Both the position numbers and the translations under genes were made by a program. This document shows, one piece after another, positions 9,527 to 18,792 of a DNA stretch of 64,000 nt. The notes below the pieces were generated by a model that worked only from the letters and a program-made list of their open reading frames with translations, made no database searches and was not told the origin of the DNA. The stretch is taken from NCBI GenBank assembly GCA_963744995.1, contig CAVUWA010000004.1, positions 224,001-288,000 on the forward strand, in the 5' to 3' direction. Position 1 is the stretch's first letter; each line of letters begins with the position of its first letter. Source of the DNA: Candidatus Eiseniibacteriota bacterium. Its GTDB lineage: Bacteria > Eisenbacteria > RBG-16-71-46.

Positions 9527-11954
9527 GCTGATCTTCGACGGCCGGAAGATCCAGGTGCCGGACGGCACGCACCTCGTGGACGCGGGCCGCGCCGCCGGCG
9601 TCGAGGTGCCGGTGTTCTGCTACCAGAAGGACCTGGGCGCGGTGGGATCGTGCCGCGTCTGCGCGGTGACCGCGAAGAAGGACGGCCAGTCGAAGCTGGT
9701 GATGGGCTGCATGACGAAGGCCGAGGACGGCCAGGAGGTCACCACCACCGACGACGCCTCGGTCGCCTTCCGCCGGCGCGTGATCGAGTGGCTGATGATC
9801 AACCATCCGCACGACTGTCCGATCTGCGATGAGGGCGGCGAGTGCCAGCTTCAAGATTTGACCATCGCCTGCGGTCACGGGCGCCGCGAATACCAGGGGA
9901 AGAAGCGCACGTTCCGCAACCAGTTCCTCGGCGAGTTCATCAGCCACGAGATGAACCGCTGCATCACCTGCTACCGCTGCAGTCGTTTCTATCAGGAATA
10001 CGCCGGCGGCCGTGACTTCAGCGCCACCGGCAGCCGCGACCGCGTCTACTTCGGGCGCTTCGAGGACGGTCCGTTCGAGAGTCCGTTCTCGGGCAACCTC
10101 GTGGAGCTGTGTCCGACCGGGGTGTTCACCGACAGGCGCTTCCGCTACCGGAGCCGGGTGTGGGACCTGGAGATTGGCACGTCGATCTGCCCGCACTGCT
10201 CGGTCGGCTGCAACGTGCGCGCCGGCTCGCGCTATCGCGAGATCCAGCGCGTGCGCGTGCGCGAGAACCCCGCGGTCAACGGCATGTTCCTGTGCGACCG
10301 CGGCCAGTTCGGCCACGGCGCCGGGAGCGCCGCCGACCGCCCGCGCCGGCCGCACGTGCACGGCGATGCCGTGGACTGGTCCGATGCGCTCGGCCGCACC
10401 GGCGGCTGGCTTGCCGCGATCGCCCGCGAGCACGGGCCGGCGGCGGTCGCGCTGATCGCCTCGCCGCGCGCCTCGCTCGAAACCCACGCCGCGCTCGAGG
10501 CGCTGGCCTCCGGTTCGCTCGAGGGCGCGCGCGTCGCCCACTTCGACGATCCGGAGCGCGAGCGCGCCGCGTTCCAGGCGGTCTCGGCGATCGGCGCCGC
10601 CGGCCTGCCGCCGCTCGAACAGCCGGACCTCGCGCGCGCCGACGTGCTGCTCGTGCTCGGCGCGTCGCTGGTGGACGAGGCGCCGCTCGCCGCGCTCGCC
10701 GCGCGCCAGTGCGCGCGCCGCGGCGGCAGCGTGTTCGTCCTCGGTCCCCTCGACCGCTCGCTCGACGGCGTCGCGAGGGTGACGCCGGTGCATCCGGCGC
10801 GGCTCGCGGGGGCGCTCGGCGCGATCGCCGCGCGTGCCGGGATCGAAGGCGTCTCGGCCCTGGCCGATGCGGAGGCGCCGGGCCGGGGCATGGCCGACGA
10901 CATTGCGGCCGCACTGCAGCACGCGCAGCGGCCCGCGATTCTCGTCGGCACCGATCTCACCGACGGCCCGACGCTCGCCGGGGCGGCCGCGCTCGCGCGC
11001 GGCCTCGCGGGCGATGGGCGGGACGTCCGCTTCGGCGCCGTGTTCCCCGGGCCCAACGGCTGCGGTGCCGCGGCGCTCGGCGAGGCGCCGGCGCTGACCG
11101 GCATCGTGGACGGCATCGAGCGTGGCGGGATCCACGCCGCGGTGCTGGTCGAGAGCGATCTCGACGATCTGTCGCCCGCGTTGCGGGCGGCGCTCGCGCG
11201 GCTCGAGCTGCTGGTGGTCGCCGACTACATGCACCACGCGCTCACCGATCGCGCTCGGGTCGTGCTGCCGACGACGAGCGTCTACGAATCGCACGGCACG
11301 TTCGTGAACCGCGCCGGGCGCATGCAGGGTTTCGCGCCCGCGCAGCCCGTGGGCCTGCCGATCGTGCGCCGGATCGAGGATGAGAAATTCCCGCGCGACC
11401 CGCACTCGAGCCCGCCCGGCGGCGAGGCGCTGCCGGCGTGGACGGTGCTCGAGCGGTTGCGCTCATGGACCGGCGGCGCCGGAGACGAACGCGAGCTCGG
11501 CGCGCTGCGGGCGGCACTGGCGCGGCGGGCGGGGTTCGAACGAATCGAAGAAGCGAGGCCCGGACGTTCCGGTGCACCCATGGATGCTGGAACGTGGGCG
11601 ACCCGCGACGTGGCCGGGAAGGAGCCATTTCTCGCGCCCGCCGACGGGCTCGCCCTGTTCCGGCATGAGCGCACGCTCGGCAGCGAGCCGCTCTCGCGGC
11701 GGATTCCGGCGATGGCGGCGATGGCGGGGCCAGCGGTCGCGAGGCTGGCGCCGGAAGACCTCGAGGCGCTTGGCGCGGACGGCCGGGTGACGCTCGAACG
11801 CGATGGCGCGCGCATCGAGATCGACGCCGTCGCAGACCCGACTGTTCCCCGTGGCGCCGTGCTGGTGCCGCGCGATGCGCTGCTCGAATTCCCGCCGGGG
11901 CAGGGCCTCGGCGTCCAGGTCCGCGCCACCGCCCGGGAGGGGGTGACCCGATGA
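9519..11954 (+). CDS. nuoG: NADH-quinone oxidoreductase subunit G
   Basis: [36 protein letters not shown] (N7-type cluster), molybdopterin-oxidoreductase-like C-terminal part. Confidence 0.92.
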   Translation: MPELIFDGRKIQVPDGTHLVDAGRAAGVEVPVFCYQKDLGAVGSCRVCAVTAKKDGQSKLVMGCMTKAEDGQEVTTTDDASVAFRRRVIEWLMINHPHDCPICDEGGECQLQDLTIACGHGRREYQGKKRTFRNQFLGEFISHEMNRCITCYRCSRFYQEYAGGRDFSATGSRDRVYFGRFEDGPFESPFSGNLVELCPTGVFTDRRFRYRSRVWDLEIGTSICPHCSVGCNVRAGSRYREIQRVRVRENPAVNGMFLCDRGQFGHGAGSAADRPRRPHVHGDAVDWSDALGRTGGWLAAIAREHGPAAVALIASPRASLETHAALEALASGSLEGARVAHFDDPERERAAFQAVSAIGAAGLPPLEQPDLARADVLLVLGASLVDEAPLAALAARQCARRGGSVFVLGPLDRSLDGVARVTPVHPARLAGALGAIAARAGIEGVSALADAEAPGRGMADDIAAALQHAQRPAILVGTDLTDGPTLAGAAALARGLAGDGRDVRFGAVFPGPNGCGAAALGEAPALTGIVDGIERGGIHAAVLVESDLDDLSPALRAALARLELLVVADYMHHALTDRARVVLPTTSVYESHGTFVNRAGRMQGFAPAQPVGLPIVRRIEDEKFPRDPHSSPPGGEALPAWTVLERLRSWTGGAGDERELGALRAALARRAGFERIEEARPGRSGAPMDAGTWATRDVAGKEPFLAPADGLALFRHERTLGSEPLSRRIPAMAAMAGPAVARLAPEDLEALGADGRVTLERDGARIEIDAVADPTVPRGAVLVPRDALLEFPPGQGLGVQVRATAREGVTR

Positions 11955-12469
11955 TTCGCGAGATGATGGGAGGCATGTGGCTGACCCTGCGCAAGCTGTT
12001 CGAGCATCCGGTGACGGTGCAGTACCCGGAACAGAAGCCCGAGGTGCCCGAGCGCTATCGCGGCCGAATCGTGCTCACGCGCGACCCGTCCGGCGAAGAG
12101 CGCTGCGTGGCGTGCTACCTGTGCAGCTCGGCGTGTCCCGTGGACTGCATCAGCATCGAGGCCGCGGAGCGCAAGAGCGACGGCCGCCGCTACCCGGGCG
12201 CGTTCCGGATCAATTTCAACCGCTGCATCTTCTGCGGTCTCTGCGCCGAGGCGTGCCCCACGCTGGCGCTGCAGATGACGAAGGATTTCGAGATGGCCGA
12301 GACCGAGCCGCAGGGCCTGATCTACGAGAAGGAAGACCTGCTGATCGACGGCCCGGGCAAGTATCCCGACTACAGCTTCTGGGAGGAGGCCGGTGTTGCC
12401 GTGACCCACGCGCTGGGGCACGGGAAGCAGGACCGCGAACCGGCCGACCCGCGGTCGAACCTGCCCTGA
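11951..12469 (+). CDS. nuoI: NADH-quinone oxidoreductase subunit I
   Basis: [12 protein letters not shown] and [12 protein letters not shown], two [4Fe-4S] motifs. Confidence 0.95.
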   Translation: MIREMMGGMWLTLRKLFEHPVTVQYPEQKPEVPERYRGRIVLTRDPSGEERCVACYLCSSACPVDCISIEAAERKSDGRRYPGAFRINFNRCIFCGLCAEACPTLALQMTKDFEMAETEPQGLIYEKEDLLIDGPGKYPDYSFWEEAGVAVTHALGHGKQDREPADPRSNLP

Positions 12470-12504
12470 CCCGCGCCGGCGCTTCCACGCCCCGCCGAAC
12501 GTGC

Positions 12505-12537
12505 AAAGGCCCCGGCCGACTCCCGGCCGGGGCCTTT
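12505..12537. terminator. Likely bidirectional intrinsic terminator
   Basis: AAAGGCCCCGGCCG-actcc-CGGCCGGGGCCTTT, 14-bp stem between convergent genes. Confidence 0.75.
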
Positions 12538-12559
12538 CGCTGCATTCGCTCCCGCGGCC

Positions 12560-13219
12560 CTACGGCGCCGCGTGCGGGCTCACCACCGCGCACAGGAAGT
12601 AGAAGTCGGTGTCGATCTTGACCGCGATCGGCGAATGATCCGGCAACGTATCGGCCAGCAGATCGTTCACGGCGTCTTCCGACTTGGTCGGAATGTGCGC
12701 CGCGTAGGCCGCGGTCACCGCCGCGTCGTGAGTGGTGTCGCCGTTATAGACCGGCACCACCACGTACACGTGCCACGGCGCCTTGTACTCGTTCCCGCCG
12801 GGTGCGGACGGCACCGAGTCGAGGATGTGGTCGTGGTAGTCGGTCGGGTCGATGCCGTTGCCCTCGTGATCGCAAGGATTGCACTGCGGCGTGCCGATGC
12901 CGAGGCTCTCCCAGCCCTGCGGATACACGACCTCGTAGAAGTCGGCCTGCGCCTGTTCCGGCGCCCTGCCGGGGACTTCGATGGCGTTGATCAAGTAGGT
13001 CTGTCCGTTGGCGAACGCTTCCTCGTAGCCGGGGCGTCCGGGAGCGGGACGCGCTGCTGCGGGATCGGTCGTCGGGCTCTGCAGGGTCTGCTGGATCGTG
13101 CTGCTCGACGTGGTCTGCAGTTTTGCGGGGGAGGTGCCGTTGGGCTGCGTCGGGGCCTGCTTGCCGCAGCCGGTGAGGATGAGACAACCGATCGCGAGGG
13201 AAGACGCGAGAATGCGCAT
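12560..13219 (-). CDS. Hypothetical lipoprotein, Cys/His-rich
   Basis: Lipobox LTGC; CNPCDH, DYHDH and WHV motifs; AGAGAGG RBS. Confidence 0.8.
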   Translation of the reverse strand: MRILASSLAIGCLILTGCGKQAPTQPNGTSPAKLQTTSSSTIQQTLQSPTTDPAAARPAPGRPGYEEAFANGQTYLINAIEVPGRAPEQAQADFYEVVYPQGWESLGIGTPQCNPCDHEGNGIDPTDYHDHILDSVPSAPGGNEYKAPWHVYVVVPVYNGDTTHDAAVTAAYAAHIPTKSEDAVNDLLADTLPDHSPIAVKIDTDFYFLCAVVSPHAAP

Positions 13220-13267
13220 GGTCGTAGTGCCTCTCTGAATGGGTTGAGCAGTCTGGATGAACGAGCG

Positions 13268-13684
13268 TCAGAGGCAGAACGACGACGGTGGTGCGCGGGG
13301 AATGGAGAGGGCCCAGGCGGCACCAGGCGCCGATTCGACGCGGCGGTTCGCGAACTGCCATGGCAGCGGCCGGAACGCCCCGCTCCGGGACGTGACCGAG
13401 AACGGCGCCTGCTCATCCGGAAGGCGTTCCACCTCATCGGACGCGGGCATCGCGGCGCCGCTTTCCAGTGAGGCGACCGCCGCGTCGGCCCGGGGCGCCC
13501 GCAGCGCGAACCCGGACGCCGGGGCGGTGGAGACGCGGGTGAGCGCGGCGCCGGCTGCGACGACGCCTTCGGCGGCGGCGGGGCTTGCGACGATCGTCAG
13601 CAGGAGAGCGATCGCGACGGCGCCACGGGAGCGTGGGTGGCGACGGGCGAGGTCGCGGCGAACATCGCGGGGGGCGTGGCTCAT
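13268..13684 (-). CDS. Small exported protein with C-terminal RAPP motif (candidate arrest/leader peptide)
   Basis: Signal-like AVAIALLLTIVASPAAA; ends SIPRAPPSSFCL, 48 nt upstream of the lipoprotein start. Confidence 0.5.
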   Translation of the reverse strand: MSHAPRDVRRDLARRHPRSRGAVAIALLLTIVASPAAAEGVVAAGAALTRVSTAPASGFALRAPRADAAVASLESGAAMPASDEVERLPDEQAPFSVTSRSGAFRPLPWQFANRRVESAPGAAWALSIPRAPPSSFCL

Positions 13685-13815
13685 CGAGTGCGTCCATGGT
13701 ACGCCGGGGCCCGGGCGCGAGTGTCCGAAACGTGTGAATCGACCCGTCCCGAATGCCGATAACCCGGGTACCGCGCAGGGACGTCGCGGTCGATGAATTC
13801 TTCCCGGAGGATCCG

Positions 13816-14289
13816 ATGCGCATCCGCCGTCTGATCGCTCTGTCCGCGATCCTGATGCTGGCCCCGGTCACCGCCCGGCCGGCGGCGCTGCGCCCGGCCC
13901 CTTTCGCCCTGTTCTCGTGGTCGTGGCTCAGGGCGCCGTTCGCATGGCTGGCGCAGGCGGAGCCGAAGCCCGCCGCGCCGTGCACCGGACCGGAGTGCTT
14001 CCCGCTCGGCGGCACGCACGGTTTCCAGGTGCTGACCCTCGATCGTCCCGATCGCGGCGTGGGCCTCTACGTGGAACTCGACGGCAGCGTGCAGTTCCGC
14101 TCGGCCGAGGTCACCTTCGCCGACGGCGAGGTCGACCGGCTCGACCTCCAGTACGCGATCCGCAGCGACGGCATTTTCGAGCTGCGCGACTTCGGTGTGG
14201 AGCGCGACGTGCTGAGCGTCGTGCTCATCGCCCGCGCCGCGTCTCCCGACGCGTCGCTGCGCGTGCGCTTCGGCAAGCCGCTCGAGTAG
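13816..14289 (+). CDS. Secreted hypothetical protein, paralogous to 15295-15855
   Basis: GGAGG then ATG; signal peptide; G.VQ...AEV.F.DGE motif. Confidence 0.7.
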   Translation: MRIRRLIALSAILMLAPVTARPAALRPAPFALFSWSWLRAPFAWLAQAEPKPAAPCTGPECFPLGGTHGFQVLTLDRPDRGVGLYVELDGSVQFRSAEVTFADGEVDRLDLQYAIRSDGIFELRDFGVERDVLSVVLIARAASPDASLRVRFGKPLE

Positions 14290-14348
14290 CACTGGTCAAG
14301 CGCGGGGACGTCCCCTAGGATGCGCGGTCTGGCGAAGCGGGCAGACGG

Positions 14349-15143
14349 ATGAACCGCTTCGTGGTCGCGTCCATGGAGGGCCGCCCTTGCCCGATATCGC
14401 GCCACTCGGTGCGCGTGTCGCCCCGGCACGTCGTTCGTGCCCTGATGCTCGTCACGGCGGCGCTCGTCGCGATCCACCTCGTGCTCGTCGTGCTGCGCTT
14501 CGGCTTCGGCCACGACGTCGTCTTCGGCCTGGTCCGGTTCTTCGATCTCGACCGCGAGCGGAACGTCCCCACTTATTTCAGCGCGCTGCTGCTCGGGTTT
14601 GCCGCCGCACTGCTGTGGCTCGCGGGCGCACACCTCGAGCGGCAGAAGGATCCCTTCACCCGCCGCTGGGTGATTCTCGGATGGATCTTCACGGTTCTCT
14701 CCATCGACGAGATCGTCGGTTTCCACGAGCGCCTCGGCCGCTACCTGCGCGAGGCCACCTCGCTCAGTCACTGGGTTCACTTCGTGTGGCCCGTTCCGGC
14801 GACCGTGCTGGTATTCGCGCTGTACCTTGCGTACCGGCCGTGGTTCGCCTCTCTCGATCGAACCACGCGACGCGGCATCATCGCCGCCGGATTCGTCTAC
14901 ATGGCCGGAGCCGTGGGTATGGAGGTCGTGGGCGGTGCGTACTGGGCGTACGTGGGCGAGCACACCATCGACCTCACCTACGTGAGCATCACCACGGTCG
15001 AAGAGACGCTCGAGATGATCGGTATGCTGCTCTTCATCCGCGCGCTTCTCGGCTACATCGCGCCGCGCGGCTGGGGCGTGGCCGTGGCGCCCGATGGACC
15101 GTCCACCCCGTCCGGTCCGGTACGGGCGGGCGGCAGCGAGTGA
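14349..15143 (+). CDS. Conserved hypothetical membrane protein
   Basis: About 6 TM helices; FDLDRERNVPTYFS, SIDE...FHE and EETLEM motifs. Confidence 0.75.
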   Translation: MNRFVVASMEGRPCPISRHSVRVSPRHVVRALMLVTAALVAIHLVLVVLRFGFGHDVVFGLVRFFDLDRERNVPTYFSALLLGFAAALLWLAGAHLERQKDPFTRRWVILGWIFTVLSIDEIVGFHERLGRYLREATSLSHWVHFVWPVPATVLVFALYLAYRPWFASLDRTTRRGIIAAGFVYMAGAVGMEVVGGAYWAYVGEHTIDLTYVSITTVEETLEMIGMLLFIRALLGYIAPRGWGVAVAPDGPSTPSGPVRAGGSE

Positions 15144-15294
15144 ACCGCAGCGTTCGAGTTCCGATTCGCCGGGCGCCGGAGGTCGTTGGAAACAGGCCGC
15201 GTTGCGCCCCTGCCCGCGGCGGGTCCGCGGTTTGCATGAGGGCCTCGCAGGACGTCACGGTCACGGCCCCCGATTCCACCAGGAGGTTCCCCTC

Positions 15295-15855
15295 ATGAAG
15301 CGCACGCTCGTTCTTCTGCTCGCTGCCGCGCTCTGCTTTTCGGTCCTGGCGCCGGCCGCCGATGCGGCCCGCGTCCGCGTCGTCAAGCGCGGCCACCGCA
15401 CGAAGGTGGTGGTCCATCGCGGATTCCCGCTCCGCCGTGCGATGCACACGGTGGTGGTGCGCCCGGCGCGTGTCACGGTGCGGGTCCGCCCGCGCCTCTA
15501 CCTGGCGCCGGTGGTGTGGACGCCGGTCATCATCACGCGTCCTGCGCCCGCGGCGATCCAGTGGGAGGGCACCGAGGCGCTCGCGAAGGGCGACGACTGG
15601 ACGGACTTCACGCTCGACGCGGACAGCCGCGGCCGCAAGCTGGCGATGCACGTCACGGGCACCGTACAGATCGACTTCGCCGAGGTCGTCTTCGACGACG
15701 GCGAGACGCGGGTCGTGGACTTCGCCAACAAGATCCGTCCGGCGGGCACCTACCGGGTGCTGGACTTCGCCGACGGGCGCAGGATCGACCACGTCCGCAT
15801 GGTGGCCCGGGCGCGGACGAACGAGGCCAGGATCGGACTGTGGATGGTGAAGTAG
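15295..15855 (+). CDS. Secreted hypothetical protein with Arg/Val-rich N-region and beta-rich C-domain
   Basis: AGGAGG then ATG; signal peptide; GTVQIDFAEVVFDDGE. Confidence 0.75.
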   Translation: MKRTLVLLLAAALCFSVLAPAADAARVRVVKRGHRTKVVVHRGFPLRRAMHTVVVRPARVTVRVRPRLYLAPVVWTPVIITRPAPAAIQWEGTEALAKGDDWTDFTLDADSRGRKLAMHVTGTVQIDFAEVVFDDGETRVVDFANKIRPAGTYRVLDFADGRRIDHVRMVARARTNEARIGLWMVK

Positions 15856-15873
15856 CCGTGGCTCGCAGGCGGC

Positions 15874-15903
15874 AGGGCCGGGCGCCGGACGCCCGGCCCT
15901 TTC
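15874..15903 (+). terminator. Probable terminator hairpin
   Basis: AGGGCCGGGCG-ccgga-CGCCCGGCCCT followed by TTC, just after the stop codon. Confidence 0.5.
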
Positions 15904-16111
15904 TCGTGCGCGGCGCGGCGCCGGCTCCGCGTGCCGCGCACAGGCCCTCACCGCCCGCCCGCAAACAGCATCGTGACGCCGCGCCTCGGTTGCAGGGTGA
16001 CGGTTGCCGACGCATCCGGTGCGGACTAAGGTGGACGCATCCCATGCGAGAGGTCCCAGGAGACATGCGGGTCGCGAGCGCCGCGGCGATCCGCGCACAC
16101 GGGAGAGTGCC

Positions 16112-16525
16112 ATGGACGAATTCATCCAGATGGCGATGAAGTCGCTCGGGTCCGACGAGAAGACGACCCGCGCGGCCACCGGCGGCCTGCTGAACCTGCT
16201 GCACAAGAAAGCGGGTGGCGCCGACTTCAAACAGCTGCTCGGCGCGTTGCCCGGTGCCGAGGGTCTGATGAAACAGGGCCCGTCCGCCGCCGGCAGCGGC
16301 ATCGGCGGCATGCTCGGCGACCTGGTCGGGGAAGTCACCGGTGGCGACACCGGCGCGTCCGAAGCCGTGGGCGAGCTCTCGTTCATCACCAGGAGCGGGC
16401 TCGACATCGGCAAGGTCGGCACGCTCGTCACGCTGTTCCTGCAGTTCGCCCGCTCGAAGGCGGGCGCGGATCTGGTGCAGCGGATCCTCGGGCACGTGCC
16501 CGAACTGCAGAAGATCGGCGGCTGA
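16112..16525 (+). CDS. DUF2780-like protein
   Basis: GGGAGAG then ATG; MDEFIQM...LG.......A.GGLL, F..L...LPGAE.L, Gly-rich middle. Confidence 0.7.
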   Translation: MDEFIQMAMKSLGSDEKTTRAATGGLLNLLHKKAGGADFKQLLGALPGAEGLMKQGPSAAGSGIGGMLGDLVGEVTGGDTGASEAVGELSFITRSGLDIGKVGTLVTLFLQFARSKAGADLVQRILGHVPELQKIGG

Positions 16526-16555
16526 CGCCCCCTTGCTCACGAAAGGAGTCATGAG

Positions 16556-16747
16556 ATGACCTACGCCATTCAGGACATCGAAGGCATCGGCCCGGCATTT
16601 GCCGAGAAGCTGGCGGCGGCGAACCTGGCCGCGAAGCTCGAAGAAGTGAACCACGTGAAGAAGCTGACCCGTGGGCTGCCGGGCGAGATGACCGTGCAGG
16701 GCTGGATCGAGCAGGCCCGCACGCTGGAAGCCAGGGTCACGCACTGA
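16556..16747 (+). pseudogene. DUF4332-like gene with in-frame internal deletion
   Basis: N-terminal IQDIEGIGPAFAEKL joined directly to C-terminal ANL.AKL.EVN..KKL.R.LP...V.GWIEQA; 63 aa; AAAGGAG RBS intact. Confidence 0.65.
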
Positions 16748-16804
16748 TCGCTCGCGCGTGCGCCCGGCCCGCGCGGCCGGGGCGCACGCGCGACGAGCCG
16801 ATCC

Positions 16805-18779
16805 ATGGACGCGACCGGCCGCCCGGCACCTCCCGCCCGCGAATCCCGCCTGCTCTGGGCGCTGATCGCGCTCTACGTGCTGGTCTACGCCGCCGCCTGT
16901 GTCTGGAAGTACCAGCACTTCCTCTACGACGACATCGACCTCGCGATCTTCACCCAGGCCGAAGCGCAGCTCATGCGCGGCTCGCTGTGGTCGTCGATCC
17001 GCGGCATGGCGTGGCCCGGGGATCACGCGTCGTGGAACCTGTTCCTGACGCTGCCGGTGTTCGCGCTCTTCCGGCATCCGCTGGTACTGCCGATCGTGCA
17101 GAGCCGTCGTGCTGGGTCTCGGCGCGGTGGCCGTACACCGGCTGGCGCGGCGCGAGATCGGCAGCGACGCGGCGGCGCTGCTGCTGGCGCTCGCCTGGCT
17201 GCTGAATCCGGCGCTCGGCCACCTGACGCTGTTCGAGTACCACCCGGAGGCACTGAGCACGACGGCGCTGCTGTTCGGCTTCCTCGCGCTGCGCGAGGGC
17301 CGGCTGCGGCGGGCGCTCATCTGGAGCGCGCTGGCGCTGCTCGGCAAGGAGGACGTCGCGCTGGTGGTCGGCATGATGGGACTCTACGCGTGGACGCTGC
17401 CGCGTGCCGGGCGACTGCGCACGGGCGCCGCGCTCATCGGGCTCGCGGCGGCGGCGCTGGCGCTCAACCTGCTCGTGCTGAAGCCGATGTTCGCCGCGGG
17501 CGGCGGCGCCGAGTACGGCCTCATGTACCGCGAGTGGGGGAGCAGCGCGGCGGAGATCGCGCGCCACGTGGCGACGCATCCGCTGCACGCGCTCGGCGCG
17601 CTGGCCGCGACGGCGGGCGATGCGTTCGACACCCATCTCAAGCGGACGTACTGGCTGGAGCTGCTGCTGCCGTTCGGCTTCGCCGCGCTCGCCGCGCCGC
17701 TCGCGCTGCTGATTCCGCTGCCGATCTGGCTCGAACACTTCCTGTCGTGGCGCTATCCGCAGCACGCGATCTTGAACCAGTACACGGCGCTGGTGCTGCC
17801 GTTCATCGCCGCCGCCACGGTGATCGGCGTCGCACGCATCGCGCGGATGGGGAAGCGGGGCGCGGCGCCCGCGGTGATGCTCGCTGCGGTCGTGTGCGTG
17901 GCCGCAGCGGCGGGACAGTGGCTCTACGGTCCGTTCCGCGCGCCGGCGCGCTACTGGAGCGAGCGGGTGTGGCCCACGCCCGAGGATCTCGCCATGCAGC
18001 CCGTGCGCGAGCGCATGATCGCCCGCGTGCCGGAGCGGGGCGGCGTGATCGCCAGCAGCGACGTGCTCGTGCGCTTCGCCCTGCGCGACAGCGTGCACGC
18101 GGCCAACCACCTGCTGAGCGGGTTGCACACGTTCTCGACCGACCCGTACCCGCTGCCGGGAGGGATCGGCGCAGCGCTCGTGGACGTCGGCCGCGAGCGC
18201 GGCTTCACGCTCGTCAACGAACGCACCAGCCGGCGCTGGCGCGGGCTGATGCGTGAAAACGACCTCGTCCCCGTGGACGCGGCGAGCGACGTCGTGCTGT
18301 TCCTGCGCGCGCCCGAGTTGCCGCTGCCGCTGGTGACGCCCGACACGCCGCCCGACAGCATGAGCCGGGTGACGTACCTCGAAGGCGTGCAGTTCCTGGC
18401 CGCGCGCATCGCCCACCCTGACGTCGAACGCGGCGCACCGGTGCGGTTCTCGACCTGGTGGCGCCGCTTCGCGACACCGTCGCGCTTCCTGATGACGCAG
18501 CTCGTGGTCGTGGATCGGAAAGGGAAGATCGCCGACGATCGCGTGCGCTTTCTCGGCTATACGATCGCGCCGCCCGGGGACTGGGCGCGCGGCGTGGCCA
18601 TGCGCGAAGACTATCGGCTCGTGCTGCCCGCGGGCCTCGGCCCCGGCAGCTACACACTCGGCATGCGCGTGTGGGTGGAAGACAGCCCGCCGGCGCCTGC
18701 GGCCACCGAGGGCGACGCGCTCGCGGCGTCGAGCGGCTTCGTCAGGCTCGGCGCGTTCACGCTGGAGACGTCCCCCTGA
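16805..18779 (+). CDS. DUF2079-like membrane protein (GT-C-like), +1 frameshift near 17103
   Basis: DLAIFTQ, GDH, FEYHPE, KED, QY motifs continue across the two frames. Confidence 0.75.
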
Positions 18780-18792
18780 GTGCGCGGGACGG

